DNA of 64,000 nucleotides from a virus (Duplodnaviria; Caudoviricetes): IMG/VR virus record IMGVR_UViG_3300035507_000199, positions 1 to 64,000 of that record; one strand, 5' to 3'. Shown piece by piece: positions 1 to 9,573 of this stretch (position 1 is its first letter; each line of letters starts with the position of its first letter). The notes under the pieces were generated by a model. It saw only the letters and a program-made list of their open reading frames with translations, ran no database searches and was not told where the DNA came from. The position numbers and the translations under genes were made by a program.

Positions 1-776
1 CCATGAAAAGTAGCATGATAAGTAGCATGTTTAGAAGAATGTAATGTATTACAAAAACCACAGAAATTCCCACAATGAGCTGCAAATGTATAATTTACTC
101 CGCCAAAAAATGTATTACAAAAACCGCAATAATTTCCACAATGAGCTGCAAATGTATAATTTACTCCACCAAAAAATGTACTATAATTTCCTGTACAATA
201 ATTTGAACAGAGAGCAGCAAATGTATAATTTACGCTATTAAAAAAAGTAGCATAACGTGCATCACAAAAGCTACTACAATGAGTAGCAAAAAATGTTGAA
301 TCATGACTACTAAAATAAGTATAATTAACACTAGAGAAAACTGTTGTACATGTTTCTGTAGTGTGACTAGTATTAAAAGCTCCAAAATAAGTCGCGCAGA
401 GAGGAGTATTCTGTCTATAAGATGTGAAATTATTTGAATTATAAGATCGACAAAGACTCTCCATATACCCAATCGTTTTTTCAATTATAGAAACATTAGT
501 ATATGCATTAATAACAACTCCTGCAGTGGCAGATGGCGTTCCAAAAGTCGTAATATTAGCACTATTTAAAAAAGATACTTTATCTTTAGTATCACTAATT
601 TGACTAAAAACATTAGTTACTCCATTTGCAGGGGTAATTGAACTCCCCTGCAAACTCGGAACGGTTAATGATGTAACTCCAGCTGTTGAACGCATTGTAT
701 TTAATCTATTATAAAAATCTGAGATAGTGGACGCAGTAATTGAATTACCTTTATAAAATACTGTTCTTGTCGCCAT
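1..776 (-). CDS. Cys-rich repeat protein (partial, runs off the left edge); candidate radical-SAM modification target
   Basis: Not in ORF track. ATG at 776 with AGAGAGGG RBS; hand translation open to base 1: MATRTVFYKGNSITASTISDFYNRLNTMR...TFFGGVNYTFAAHCGNYCGFCNTFFGGVNYTFAAHCGNFCGFCNTLHSSKHATYHATFH. Confidence 0.88.
   Translation of the reverse strand, partial: MATRTVFYKGNSITASTISDFYNRLNTMRSTAGVTSLTVPSLQGSSITPANGVTNVFSQISDTKDKVSFLNSANITTFGTPSATAGVVINAYTNVSIIEKTIGYMESLCRSYNSNNFTSYRQNTPLCATYFGAFNTSHTTETCTTVFSSVNYTYFSSHDSTFFATHCSSFCDARYATFFNSVNYTFAALCSNYCTGNYSTFFGGVNYTFAAHCGNYCGFCNTFFGGVNYTFAAHCGNFCGFCNTLHSSKHATYHATFH
44..245 (-). repeat. 66-bp (22-aa) coding tandem repeat, two near-perfect copies plus one degenerate copy
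   Basis: ATGTA unit starts recur at 44, 110 and 176; encodes TFFGGVNYTFAAHCGN[YF]CGFCN on the minus strand. Confidence 0.93.
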
Positions 777-801
777 TCTGGCTTAGCCCTCTCTTTCTTT
801 T

Positions 802-1125
802 TTAATAAGTAAATACAAAATTTGGATATGGTTCACTGTACTCCTCTGCAGTTGTCATTCTCATCGCAATATTATCTAATCTAGTATATTTACTACTGTT
901 AAAAATAATTCTTCCATCTTCTTCAATCACTTGAATAGATGAAATAGAATCTTTTACAAAATAAGGAACAAATTTTTCTACAATTTCTAGATTATATAAA
1001 TCTGCACCTACAACTGTTAGTATGAATCTAACCCCTTTTTCTGGTTCATCTGGGGCGATCCTAATATCTTCAGCGAAGTTGCGAATATTAATAATTAATT
1101 CTTCATTATTAAGATTTAATATCAT
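802..1125 (-). CDS. Hypothetical protein (107 aa)
   Basis: ORF with GGAGG RBS directly downstream of a near-consensus promoter; no recognisable motif. Confidence 0.8.
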   Translation of the reverse strand: MILNLNNEELIINIRNFAEDIRIAPDEPEKGVRFILTVVGADLYNLEIVEKFVPYFVKDSISSIQVIEEDGRIIFNSSKYTRLDNIAMRMTTAEEYSEPYPNFVFTY

Positions 1126-1151
1126 ATTAAAACCTCCATTGATTTATTTTT

Positions 1152-1180
1152 ATTATATCATAAAATTTAGACAAAGTCAA
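1152..1180 (-). promoter_or_regulatory. sigmaA-type promoter
   Basis: TTGACT-17 nt-TATAAT with extended -10 TG (TGaTATAAT). Confidence 0.85.
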
Positions 1181-1184
1181 ATCT

Positions 1185-4100
1185 TTATTTAACTTTAATC
1201 CAAATACGACCATTAACTTTTATATTTCCAGTGCCCCAAACTTTATAATCTGGAATTTCAGACACCGTACCAATAATACGATCAGGATATTCTTTAATTT
1301 CTTCTCTCGTCATTAAAGAAACTGTTCCATCAGGACCGGAACAAACCGCATCTCCTGGTTTATATTTTTCTTTATCTTCATATGGATAAGCTAAAACTCT
1401 TCCCGATACAGCCAAAGGAGTTTTACATCGATTAGTTTCTCCAATAGCAAAACCATAAGTATCAGATATAATATTTGCTCCAGGTTGAAGTCTTTTTGTT
1501 GAATATTTAAGAGCTCCATATCCAGTTTCTATTACACATCTTCCCGCTTCATTTTTAGCTTCAACATATCTAAACTCCGCATAATCATTCCATACTGCTC
1601 CATATACTTTACTACCAGTTATTGTTCCACTAGCAGTTATATTAGATGAAGTATTCATAGTTCCATTAAAATAACTTGTACCATTTACATATAACTTATA
1701 ACTTGGAGTAGTTCCATTTGAAATTAATTTATTAATATAAACACAATTACTCTTTATCTGTAATGCTGGATTATCAGATCGTGCATTACCATCACTATCA
1801 AGATACCATTGATTGCTACCTTCAACTCTATTTCCAGTCCAGAAAATAAATGATGTAACAGATTGATTATTTACAAAGTTTAAAGCTTCATTACCATAAG
1901 TTCCATAATAAATATATGAATTATATGAGCTATAAGAAGGTCTAAATTCAATAGCTCTCATATTAGATGCATATATAGCTGTATTTGTATAATATGAGTA
2001 TCCACTAACTTGCAAAGAAGGGGTTACTGTAGTTTGAGTGTTTGAAGAAGTTGTAATCAAATATGGCGAACTTAATGAAGTTGTATTAATACCAATTTGA
2101 CTACTTGTCATATAAATTGAGCCTGCCGCAGATACTGCATTTGTTTCACTAAAATAAGCAGCTCGACTTGCAGTTCCACTATTAAGCGTTGAGCTTAATG
2201 AATAAGAACATTTTGTAATAGTACCAGAACTTAAATACACTGGGGCTGTACTAGATCCAACTGTTGAACTACTTTCTGTTGGAACTCCTGCACTTAAATA
2301 CCATAACTTTGTCCCACTACCTTTGGTCGATGTATATGCGCTAACTGTGGTTCCTGCAGAATAATAAGCTAATGAATTAACAGCTCCACTATTGACAGTT
2401 GCATTTAAACTATAAGTGCAAGCTGTTGGAACTCCTGCATTCCAATAGATTGGATTTGTAGCACTTCCATAAGAATCTGCTGTTCCAACATATAATTTAC
2501 TCCATCTGTTTCCGCTTACACCAAGACTTTGAGCATTTGTATTTGTTGCTTCAGCTTTTATAGGAACTATATTACCAGATGTAGTTATTTGAGCACCAAT
2601 TCTATTGGCGATAGTATCTGCATTTGCTTCTAAATTTATCGAGCCGTCAGATAATAAATATAGTGTTTCAGTTCCCGCGCTAACTAAACTTTGCATATTA
2701 CTAGCACTTTCACCTGCTCCGACTATAGTCATACCACCACCGCCGATAGAAATTCCATTTCCATAAGCATCAGAAGTATTATCCATAAATCGAATCATAG
2801 ATAAATGTGCATTTGTTCCATAATAATAAATATCGCCTTTTAAAGCAGTAGTACCATTAACATATAATTTATATCCTGTTACTGATCCGCCAATCATCAA
2901 GTTACTTGTTACTTGTAAATATCCACTTGATGATTCAATAATTCTACTTGTATAATCAGATGTACTATTACTAAAATGAAAATCTATATATGGGTTTGCG
3001 GCAGATAATTCAATAAAACCGCTTCCAACATATGTTCCCGCTACTCCGGAAACTCCTGCGGATGTAAAACTTGTACTACTAGAAACAAATAATACATTTG
3101 TATATGTATTGCTCCAATGTAAACTAGCTGTTCCTAAGGTATAACTGCCATTACTAGCTGGCTGAATTATTTGTGAAGTTAAAGTATTATTTAATGTTTT
3201 AGCTCCATAAATAGTTTGAGTGGTATTAGTAATTAATCCTGTATGAGAAGAATCATGAGCCGGGATAGTAACAGTTGTTATTTCTGAACCATTTTTAGCT
3301 TTACCATTTACAATTAAACTTGTTCCATTTGAAGTATTCAACCCTAATGTTGCAATATATCCTGCAACAATACTATTTCCATTAGCATCATTTGTTGCTC
3401 TATCAGCTAAATAACTTCTATATGCAATATTTGTATTTGATATAGTCTGAGTTATAGTTCCAAGAGTTGTTGTAAATCCAATACTCCATCCAGTCGCCCA
3501 TTTATCTTGACTATAATTAGTATATCCAACAGTAAGATCTGAGATAGAAACCTGCGGATAATTCCATGTAGTTGTAGATTCACCAATATAAATTGCGCAT
3601 TTACTTCCATCATGTCCAAATCTAACATTTAAATTACTTAAACCATATTCATATTTACCAATAGCTTGCGCAAATACGTTATACCAGCTTGGACTATCAC
3701 TATTATTATAATTATATCCACCAACTAAATATTCCACAGATCTTCCAGTTGAATAATCATAAATAGATACCTTAAAACGCATCATAGTACTAGTCCATGA
3801 TTGCGGCAAAGTAACTTTTAAGTATCCTGTTGCTGTTGAAGAAGTTGTGGCATAACTTCCGCCATCTGGAAAGGCAATATAATAATTAGATTTTCCGACT
3901 GCGGTTGTAGTTAAGTTACCATTTAACCACATTTTACCACTTGTATTAATAGAAGCAACTCCACCAACACTGTTACGCCTAAATACCCATCCTCTATTAT
4001 CTGTATTGCTCATGGTTATATAAGTAGCCCAATCGCCAGTTACATATCCATGTGTACCTGCACTTGAAGTTTGTCTAAAAGTAATACCATAGTTTATAGG

Positions 4101-6551
4101 ATCATCAGAACCATATAATCCAATACCATAAGCACTTCCACTACCAGTCGTATTTACATTTAGTTGATTTTGAAGTTTTAAACTACATAAATAACTAGTT
4201 CCAGTATTTATATAGTAAGAACCTGCAGATCCAACATAAATGGTTCCACCTTTAACTTGAAGATTTCCTCCGGTATATACAACTCCGCCATCATTATTTA
4301 AATAAAGTGGACCCGCAGTGGTAGCACTTGCTTTAGCCATAATTTCATTTCCATCTAAAGCTAAATGTTCTCCAGAAGTATTTCCGATTAAAACTGATCC
4401 AGATCCGCTTGTAGCAGCTGCTGCATCAGTTGTGTTACTAAATATTGTGACACCAGAAAAAGTTTTCTTTCCTGCAAAAGTTTGCTCTCCAGTAGAGATT
4501 AAACCTGCGGCACTTGAGGTTGCCATTGGAATTGAAATGGTTGCTTGAACACTTCCACTTGCATATTTACTTTGAATCTTATATGTCGTTCCTGTGGATT
4601 CAGATTGCGCGATTGATGCTAGATATTTGCCATCTGCGGTTGATTTTGAATAAGTATAATCCGTATAATTTCCGGCATGTAAAACAATTTGTCCATCTAA
4701 TTTTAATGTATTTTGAGAAATAAATAAACCAACGGATCCGCTCCAAGGTGAGGTTTCAGTGGCATATGGTAAAATTATTATTGAACCAGTACCATCTCCG
4801 CCAGTATTATGTTGACCAATTTGAGGGTCATAAGTAGCTTGAGAGGTACCTCCTTTATACCATTTAACAGCGGCTGTATAATTAGATGTACTATTTTGAT
4901 TTTGAATAACACCTTTATTACTAGGAAAAATTATACTTCCAGTCATCGTTCCGCCTGCAAGAGGCAAAAACTTCGGACTTATAGTAGTCGTAGTACCAGT
5001 TGCTCCGGCTTCACTATATCTAACTAAATTAATTGAGGTTCCCGCACTGTCAAGAGTAATTGTAGTATTTGGCCCAAGAAAACTTGGTTTTCCAGTGATA
5101 TTAGACCAAGCTACTGAAGCTGCAACTCCAGCCGCAAATACTTCATAACCATCTTCACTTGTTAATTTAGTTTGATCTTTTACAAAGTACATTTTATTAG
5201 TCGATGTAACTTTAACCACATCACCATTTTGAACACTTGATGTAGTTAACGCCAGACGAGCTGTGTCATCTGCAACTACAACTAATCTTTCTAATGCACC
5301 CTGTGGGATATATTTTATATCAATTAAATGATTTGAATCCAATGGAGCAAAATCACCAATTTTAGATGAACTACCTGCACCAGTTACTTTATTTAATTGA
5401 TAGCTATCTGTAACATTTACATCTTTTAAATAAGTTGATGTAATTGTATTTCCTGCGGCGTCTGCGGTTGCCTTAGCGGCAGTCCCTGAAATACTAATAC
5501 CCCAAGTTCCAGAAGCTCCAGAGCCAGTTTTAGTTACAGTATAAGAAGTATAATTATGAGTTCCTAACAATTCTGCGCTTTCTGCCCAAGATGTTCTTTC
5601 GGCTGCACTTCGCATAATATATGCGCCTAAAGATTGACGATTTACTCCAATCGCAACTGCGCCACCAACATCTGATCCACTGTAACAGTCCATAATCATC
5701 CAATCTTTGTATTGACTATTACTATTAACAGTGGTATTCATCATTAAGAAACCAACTTTATTTTTCCCAAAATAGTTAGGATTCTGTTGTCCACCATTTG
5801 ATGTATAAGATCCTTTTACTGTATTAGCTGTTGTAGCAGTATCTGCATTACCATTTAAGGTTGCCTTAATAGTAGAAGGTAATTTTAAAGTTACATTTGC
5901 ACTACCATTTACTCCAACACCAGAACTAGTATTACTTGCATCGCTATCTTGAATATAAAATAATCTACTTGTAGCCCATGTGCTTGCGGTTGATGCATTT
6001 CCCACAAAAATATTTGCAACAACTTTACCATTATCTCTAATCGCCATTAAAGTTGTCCAAGAGCTACCAGAGTCTGCGCTTTGTTGGAATTCAAAAACTG
6101 AATCATCAGTTGTGCTATTATCTACATTTATAATTCTTTGCCAATATGAACCAGAATTCCATGTAATTCCACTTGCCGTTCCATCAGCAGAGAACTTAAG
6201 AGGTCCACTAAGGGTACCTCCAGTAAGTGCTAAATCTTCAGACGCGTGTCCTGTTAAGCTAGCTTTTATAGTAGAAGGCAGTTTTAAAATAACGTCATTA
6301 GTACCATTAACTAATGTCGATGGCCCAGAGTTAGTTCCACTATTATCTTTAACAGTGAAATTTCTTGCCGTTATCCATGCATCTGCTAAAGTGCTCATTT
6401 TTACACGAGTGTTTGAATCTGTATCGAAATAAATAGAGCCCGTATAACCAGAATTACTGTCTCCACTAATGGCAAAATATACTTTACCAGCTTCTTTAGA
6501 ACTTGGTAATTTTGACTCTAAACCTGTAGTAAATTTTACATTATTAGCCAT
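1185..6551 (-). CDS. Long tail fibre / receptor-binding protein with C-terminal autocleaving intramolecular chaperone (Peptidase_G2-like)
   Basis: 1788 aa, S/T/G-rich fibre repeats (LKLPSTIKA x2; G-S-x-T-x-x-x-Y-x-x-x-G x3); C-terminal WNDYAE...PLAVSGRV...PGDAV...IIGTV pattern. Confidence 0.85.
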   Translation of the reverse strand: MANNVKFTTGLESKLPSSKEAGKVYFAISGDSNSGYTGSIYFDTDSNTRVKMSTLADAWITARNFTVKDNSGTNSGPSTLVNGTNDVILKLPSTIKASLTGHASEDLALTGGTLSGPLKFSADGTASGITWNSGSYWQRIINVDNSTTDDSVFEFQQSADSGSSWTTLMAIRDNGKVVANIFVGNASTASTWATSRLFYIQDSDASNTSSGVGVNGSANVTLKLPSTIKATLNGNADTATTANTVKGSYTSNGGQQNPNYFGKNKVGFLMMNTTVNSNSQYKDWMIMDCYSGSDVGGAVAIGVNRQSLGAYIMRSAAERTSWAESAELLGTHNYTSYTVTKTGSGASGTWGISISGTAAKATADAAGNTITSTYLKDVNVTDSYQLNKVTGAGSSSKIGDFAPLDSNHLIDIKYIPQGALERLVVVADDTARLALTTSSVQNGDVVKVTSTNKMYFVKDQTKLTSEDGYEVFAAGVAASVAWSNITGKPSFLGPNTTITLDSAGTSINLVRYSEAGATGTTTTISPKFLPLAGGTMTGSIIFPSNKGVIQNQNSTSNYTAAVKWYKGGTSQATYDPQIGQHNTGGDGTGSIIILPYATETSPWSGSVGLFISQNTLKLDGQIVLHAGNYTDYTYSKSTADGKYLASIAQSESTGTTYKIQSKYASGSVQATISIPMATSSAAGLISTGEQTFAGKKTFSGVTIFSNTTDAAAATSGSGSVLIGNTSGEHLALDGNEIMAKASATTAGPLYLNNDGGVVYTGGNLQVKGGTIYVGSAGSYYINTGTSYLCSLKLQNQLNVNTTGSGSAYGIGLYGSDDPINYGITFRQTSSAGTHGYVTGDWATYITMSNTDNRGWVFRRNSVGGVASINTSGKMWLNGNLTTTAVGKSNYYIAFPDGGSYATTSSTATGYLKVTLPQSWTSTMMRFKVSIYDYSTGRSVEYLVGGYNYNNSDSPSWYNVFAQAIGKYEYGLSNLNVRFGHDGSKCAIYIGESTTTWNYPQVSISDLTVGYTNYSQDKWATGWSIGFTTTLGTITQTISNTNIAYRSYLADRATNDANGNSIVAGYIATLGLNTSNGTSLIVNGKAKNGSEITTVTIPAHDSSHTGLITNTTQTIYGAKTLNNTLTSQIIQPASNGSYTLGTASLHWSNTYTNVLFVSSSTSFTSAGVSGVAGTYVGSGFIELSAANPYIDFHFSNSTSDYTSRIIESSSGYLQVTSNLMIGGSVTGYKLYVNGTTALKGDIYYYGTNAHLSMIRFMDNTSDAYGNGISIGGGGMTIVGAGESASNMQSLVSAGTETLYLLSDGSINLEANADTIANRIGAQITTSGNIVPIKAEATNTNAQSLGVSGNRWSKLYVGTADSYGSATNPIYWNAGVPTACTYSLNATVNSGAVNSLAYYSAGTTVSAYTSTKGSGTKLWYLSAGVPTESSSTVGSSTAPVYLSSGTITKCSYSLSSTLNSGTASRAAYFSETNAVSAAGSIYMTSSQIGINTTSLSSPYLITTSSNTQTTVTPSLQVSGYSYYTNTAIYASNMRAIEFRPSYSSYNSYIYYGTYGNEALNFVNNQSVTSFIFWTGNRVEGSNQWYLDSDGNARSDNPALQIKSNCVYINKLISNGTTPSYKLYVNGTSYFNGTMNTSSNITASGTITGSKVYGAVWNDYAEFRYVEAKNEAGRCVIETGYGALKYSTKRLQPGANIISDTYGFAIGETNRCKTPLAVSGRVLAYPYEDKEKYKPGDAVCSGPDGTVSLMTREEIKEYPDRIIGTVSEIPDYKVWGTGNIKVNGRIWIKVK

Positions 6552-6592
6552 TACTTACTAAGCTACCTCCTTTTCGCATTTTATTTTCTTTG

Positions 6593-6639
6593 TCTATAAG
6601 ATATAAAATTTTAATAATATTTATTTATGCCTTTTGGCC
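6593..6639 (-). promoter_or_regulatory. Conserved junction element, copy A (putative phage late promoter)
   Basis: GGCCA-N8-AAAT-N14-TTTTA-N7-TAGA. Confidence 0.6.
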
Positions 6640-6640
6640 A

Positions 6641-6683
6641 AAATAAAAAATAGGGGAGAGTATAGTTTCCTATACTCTCCCCT
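6641..6683 (-). terminator. Intrinsic terminator
   Basis: 14-bp stem AGGGGAGAGTATAG/CTATACTCTCCCCT followed by a T-tract on the minus strand. Confidence 0.88.
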
Positions 6684-6688
6684 TTATA

Positions 6689-7276
6689 TTATAACGTTAT
6701 CCAATAAACGTCATCTTTAGAGATTGCATCAATTCGAGCAAAAATTTCTGCGCTTATAGAAGCTAAATGATCTTCTTGCTCATCGAATTCAGTGTCTTGG
6801 TCAATACCATGTAATACTTTACTTACAGAAGTAAGAGTCCCCAAGCTATATTCAAATTTTCTACCAGAATCGTTTAAACGATAAAATTCAATAGAATATT
6901 GAACGTCTCCAGAAGCCTTAGTTACGTCTCCATCAATTACCCAAGGAATAATCATTTTATTCTCGTCAGATAATGTATCCACATCATAGTATGGAACCGC
7001 AAAAATTCGACCTTCACCTTTTGCATTAATATATTTAATAATGCAAGTAGTGGTAGTTAAATCTACATGATCAAAATATCTATTTACTTTAAAGAAAATA
7101 GTTTCTGCGCGATGGTCCTTTTCAACGCTTAAAAACTCGGGCGCTGCAATCGTACGAGTATTTAAATCAATATCATAGATTGTTTCAGTGCTAGGAAGTA
7201 AAACGGCTATGCTTGGAGCATTTTCATCTTGAATTCTATAAAGCAAATCATAGTATTCTTTAGATGTTGTAATCAT
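6689..7276 (-). CDS. BppU-like baseplate upper/adaptor protein
   Basis: DHRAETIFFKVNRYFDHVDL...WVIDGDVTKASGDVQYSIEF resembles the BppU N-terminal domain; position in the tail-tip cluster. Confidence 0.72.
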   Translation of the reverse strand: MITTSKEYYDLLYRIQDENAPSIAVLLPSTETIYDIDLNTRTIAAPEFLSVEKDHRAETIFFKVNRYFDHVDLTTTTCIIKYINAKGEGRIFAVPYYDVDTLSDENKMIIPWVIDGDVTKASGDVQYSIEFYRLNDSGRKFEYSLGTLTSVSKVLHGIDQDTEFDEQEDHLASISAEIFARIDAISKDDVYWITL

Positions 7277-7311
7277 TAGCCCTATCCTCCTTTTAAAATA
7301 TCAAGCTTTTA

Positions 7312-9243
7312 TTAAGCGTCAACGATACTAAAGAATGGAGAACATCTCTTGGCCTGAGTGTCATTATAGGTATTAGTTACTTCACAGAAGTAATAACCAT
7401 CTTCATCTGGAATAAATGATTTCTCATTTGCGCCTTCAATCTTAGTATCACCGTGGAAGTAATATTCACCATCATTTGCCTTTTGGAAATCATCTTCAAA
7501 TACATTTCCACCAGTCACATATTTATACCACTGATAAGTTACAGAGTCTTCATCCTGTCTTTGGATAACTTCTCCGCTTCCTTCTGGCCAGCTAGCTACA
7601 ATAACGCAGCCATTACCTCTTTTAACTTCGTCTAAAGAGAAATACTGTTTAGAAAGTGTTGTATTAATTTGAACTTTTAATTGAGTTGCAGGATGAGTTA
7701 CACGACAAACTCCACTATCAGTAGAATCAATTTCTTTATTCAAATTATTAGTTACAATAACTTTATAGAATCCATCGCCTTCGCCACCAGATTCTTCACT
7801 TTCATCCGCAGAACCTTGAATTAAATAAGTCGCTTCAGTTGCTCCTTCAATTTCTTCAAAATCATCTGCACCAGGAGCTTTACGTAACCATTGATAAGTA
7901 ATTTTACCTTCATCATCAACGCTAGCTTTGATGGTTAATAATGTCTCATAATCATCAGCGTTAAGATAGCCTCTTTCACTAAGATCTTTATTAATATTAA
8001 CTTTTAATGGACGAGGTACAATACAAACTGTACTTTCTGTCTCAGCTGTGCTTTGACGTACACGGTTTTTAGCTACAACAACATATTTACCAACAGAGTT
8101 GAAAATACCTGTAGAAAACTTCTCATAAATTTCAAGTGTTGGATCTTCTGAAGGAATATCACCTGTATAAAGCTGATATGATGGATTTACTCCATCTGAG
8201 CCACTTACCATTGTATAATAAAGTTTTCCAGTTACTCTTGTTTCATCAGCTGAAATCTTAGACATTGTTACTTCATAAGGCATTGCACCTTCTTCAAGAA
8301 GTCTATCATTGGTATCAATATCATATTTCTTCCAAACATAAGTCAACTGACCTGCATCAGGCGCATAAGCCTGAACATTATAAGCTTTAAGCCCATTGTC
8401 ATCAAGAATAAGTCTTGAAACAAGATCCTTGATAAAGATTGGTTTTTCAGCTTGAACCGCACCAGAAGCGAGTTGAGAGTCAACAAGTCTATCATGTAAT
8501 AGAGTTGTAGAATCATCAATTTGAGTTCCATCAAGAATAATTCCTGGGATATCAAAGTCTAAGCCTGGTTTAATAGTTGCTGAACAAGTCAATGTTGATA
8601 AACTATAATTAAGAATTTTAGTATCTTTATCATAGTTATAAAAACGAACAGCGAACTGAATTGTACCTGCGGCTTTAGTAATTTTAGAAGATAGAGGCCA
8701 ACCAAAAATGATATAGCCAGGATCACTTTCAATATCTTTTACCCAAGGAACAGAAACACCTTCAATGAAATTACCATCTTCGTCCTGTGCGGCAGATTTC
8801 CACTGAATATAGATATCTTTTGTATCTAGGTCAGTAGAGTCGTAGAATCTAGCAATACGGAAATAAACGATTTCAGAAACTTCATCTCCTTGTACACTAA
8901 TACCATTTTTCTTGAAAGAAGCTGGTACTGTAATACTTCTGTCATTTGCATTAATTTCAAAGACATCTTCATCTAATGGAAGAATAGTATATCTACGACT
9001 AATGTTATTTAATTCAACGATATAAGAAAAGTATTCATCAAGAGAGCTAAGAGATTGCATTTTAATTTCCTGGCCATCTTCATCATAGACTCCAGTTCCG
9101 ATCGCACTATCAGGAATTACTGCTGAAGAACTACCTTTTTCAACTTCATTACCTGCTGTATCATGCGTCTGCAAATCATTAAAAGCTTTTTCAAATATAG
9201 CAGAATACTTATCTGAATTTGCTGCATTAACATATGTAATCAT
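7312..9243 (-). CDS. BppU-like domain plus three Ig-like domains, baseplate protein
   Basis: Start moved to ATG 9243 (AAAGGA RBS); SEIVYFRIARFYDSTDL...WPLSSKITKAAGTIQFAVRF; repeated TY[VQ]W...G-x-Y-x-[VC]-x-x-x-N Ig signatures. Confidence 0.75.
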   Translation of the reverse strand: MITYVNAANSDKYSAIFEKAFNDLQTHDTAGNEVEKGSSSAVIPDSAIGTGVYDEDGQEIKMQSLSSLDEYFSYIVELNNISRRYTILPLDEDVFEINANDRSITVPASFKKNGISVQGDEVSEIVYFRIARFYDSTDLDTKDIYIQWKSAAQDEDGNFIEGVSVPWVKDIESDPGYIIFGWPLSSKITKAAGTIQFAVRFYNYDKDTKILNYSLSTLTCSATIKPGLDFDIPGIILDGTQIDDSTTLLHDRLVDSQLASGAVQAEKPIFIKDLVSRLILDDNGLKAYNVQAYAPDAGQLTYVWKKYDIDTNDRLLEEGAMPYEVTMSKISADETRVTGKLYYTMVSGSDGVNPSYQLYTGDIPSEDPTLEIYEKFSTGIFNSVGKYVVVAKNRVRQSTAETESTVCIVPRPLKVNINKDLSERGYLNADDYETLLTIKASVDDEGKITYQWLRKAPGADDFEEIEGATEATYLIQGSADESEESGGEGDGFYKVIVTNNLNKEIDSTDSGVCRVTHPATQLKVQINTTLSKQYFSLDEVKRGNGCVIVASWPEGSGEVIQRQDEDSVTYQWYKYVTGGNVFEDDFQKANDGEYYFHGDTKIEGANEKSFIPDEDGYYFCEVTNTYNDTQAKRCSPFFSIVDA

Positions 9244-9275
9244 TAATATAGTCCAATCCTTTCTATAATATTTTC

Positions 9276-9297
9276 GAGGGTGACATTTGCCACCCTC
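9276..9297 (-). other. Leader hairpin without U-tract
   Basis: GAGGGTGGC-AAAT-GTCACCCTC between junction element F and the 9243 start. Confidence 0.55.
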
Positions 9298-9305
9298 TTG
9301 TTCTT

Positions 9306-9352
9306 TCAAAATATTTTGAAAGTATTATTATTTATAATAATCATTTTTGACC
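9306..9352 (-). promoter_or_regulatory. Conserved junction element, copy F
   Basis: GGTCA-N8-TATT-N14-TTTCA-N7-TTGA. Confidence 0.55.
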
Positions 9353-9562
9353 AGTAAGAGGGTCTTTAACCTCTTTCCACTGATCAACTTCATCTTCTGG
9401 AACCATAACTGTTGTAAAGAAATTTTCTCCATCTTTTGTTAAAGTTTTTCCTACATCAGCTCTTAAAGAATATTTACGAGTATAATAAATATCTTCAAGA
9501 TGAACGGGACTAGTAATAGTCCCGTTTGTTCCAAGATATGTATAATATACAGTCTTAGTCAT
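9341..9562 (-). CDS. Small tail-associated hypothetical protein (73 aa)
   Basis: AGGAGGGG RBS; LRADVGKTLT motif; directly follows the LRR-bearing giant gene. Confidence 0.8.
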   Translation of the reverse strand: MTKTVYYTYLGTNGTITSPVHLEDIYYTRKYSLRADVGKTLTKDGENFFTTVMVPEDEVDQWKEVKDPLTGQK

Positions 9563-9573
9563 CTTGCCCCTCC

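Noticed and set aside
44-241. Plus-strand 65-aa repetitive ORF, and the 230..484 minus-strand ORF
   Set aside because: Both are shadows of the 776-to-<1 minus-strand gene, which has an RBS and matches the orientation of the module
44-245. Possible CRISPR array
   Set aside because: Whole 66-bp units repeat with no unique spacers, the period is a multiple of three and no cas genes are present
625-654. 10-bp inverted repeat TTTGCAGGGG/CCCCTGCAAA
   Set aside because: Lies inside a coding sequence, has no U-tract and was seen once; no supportable function
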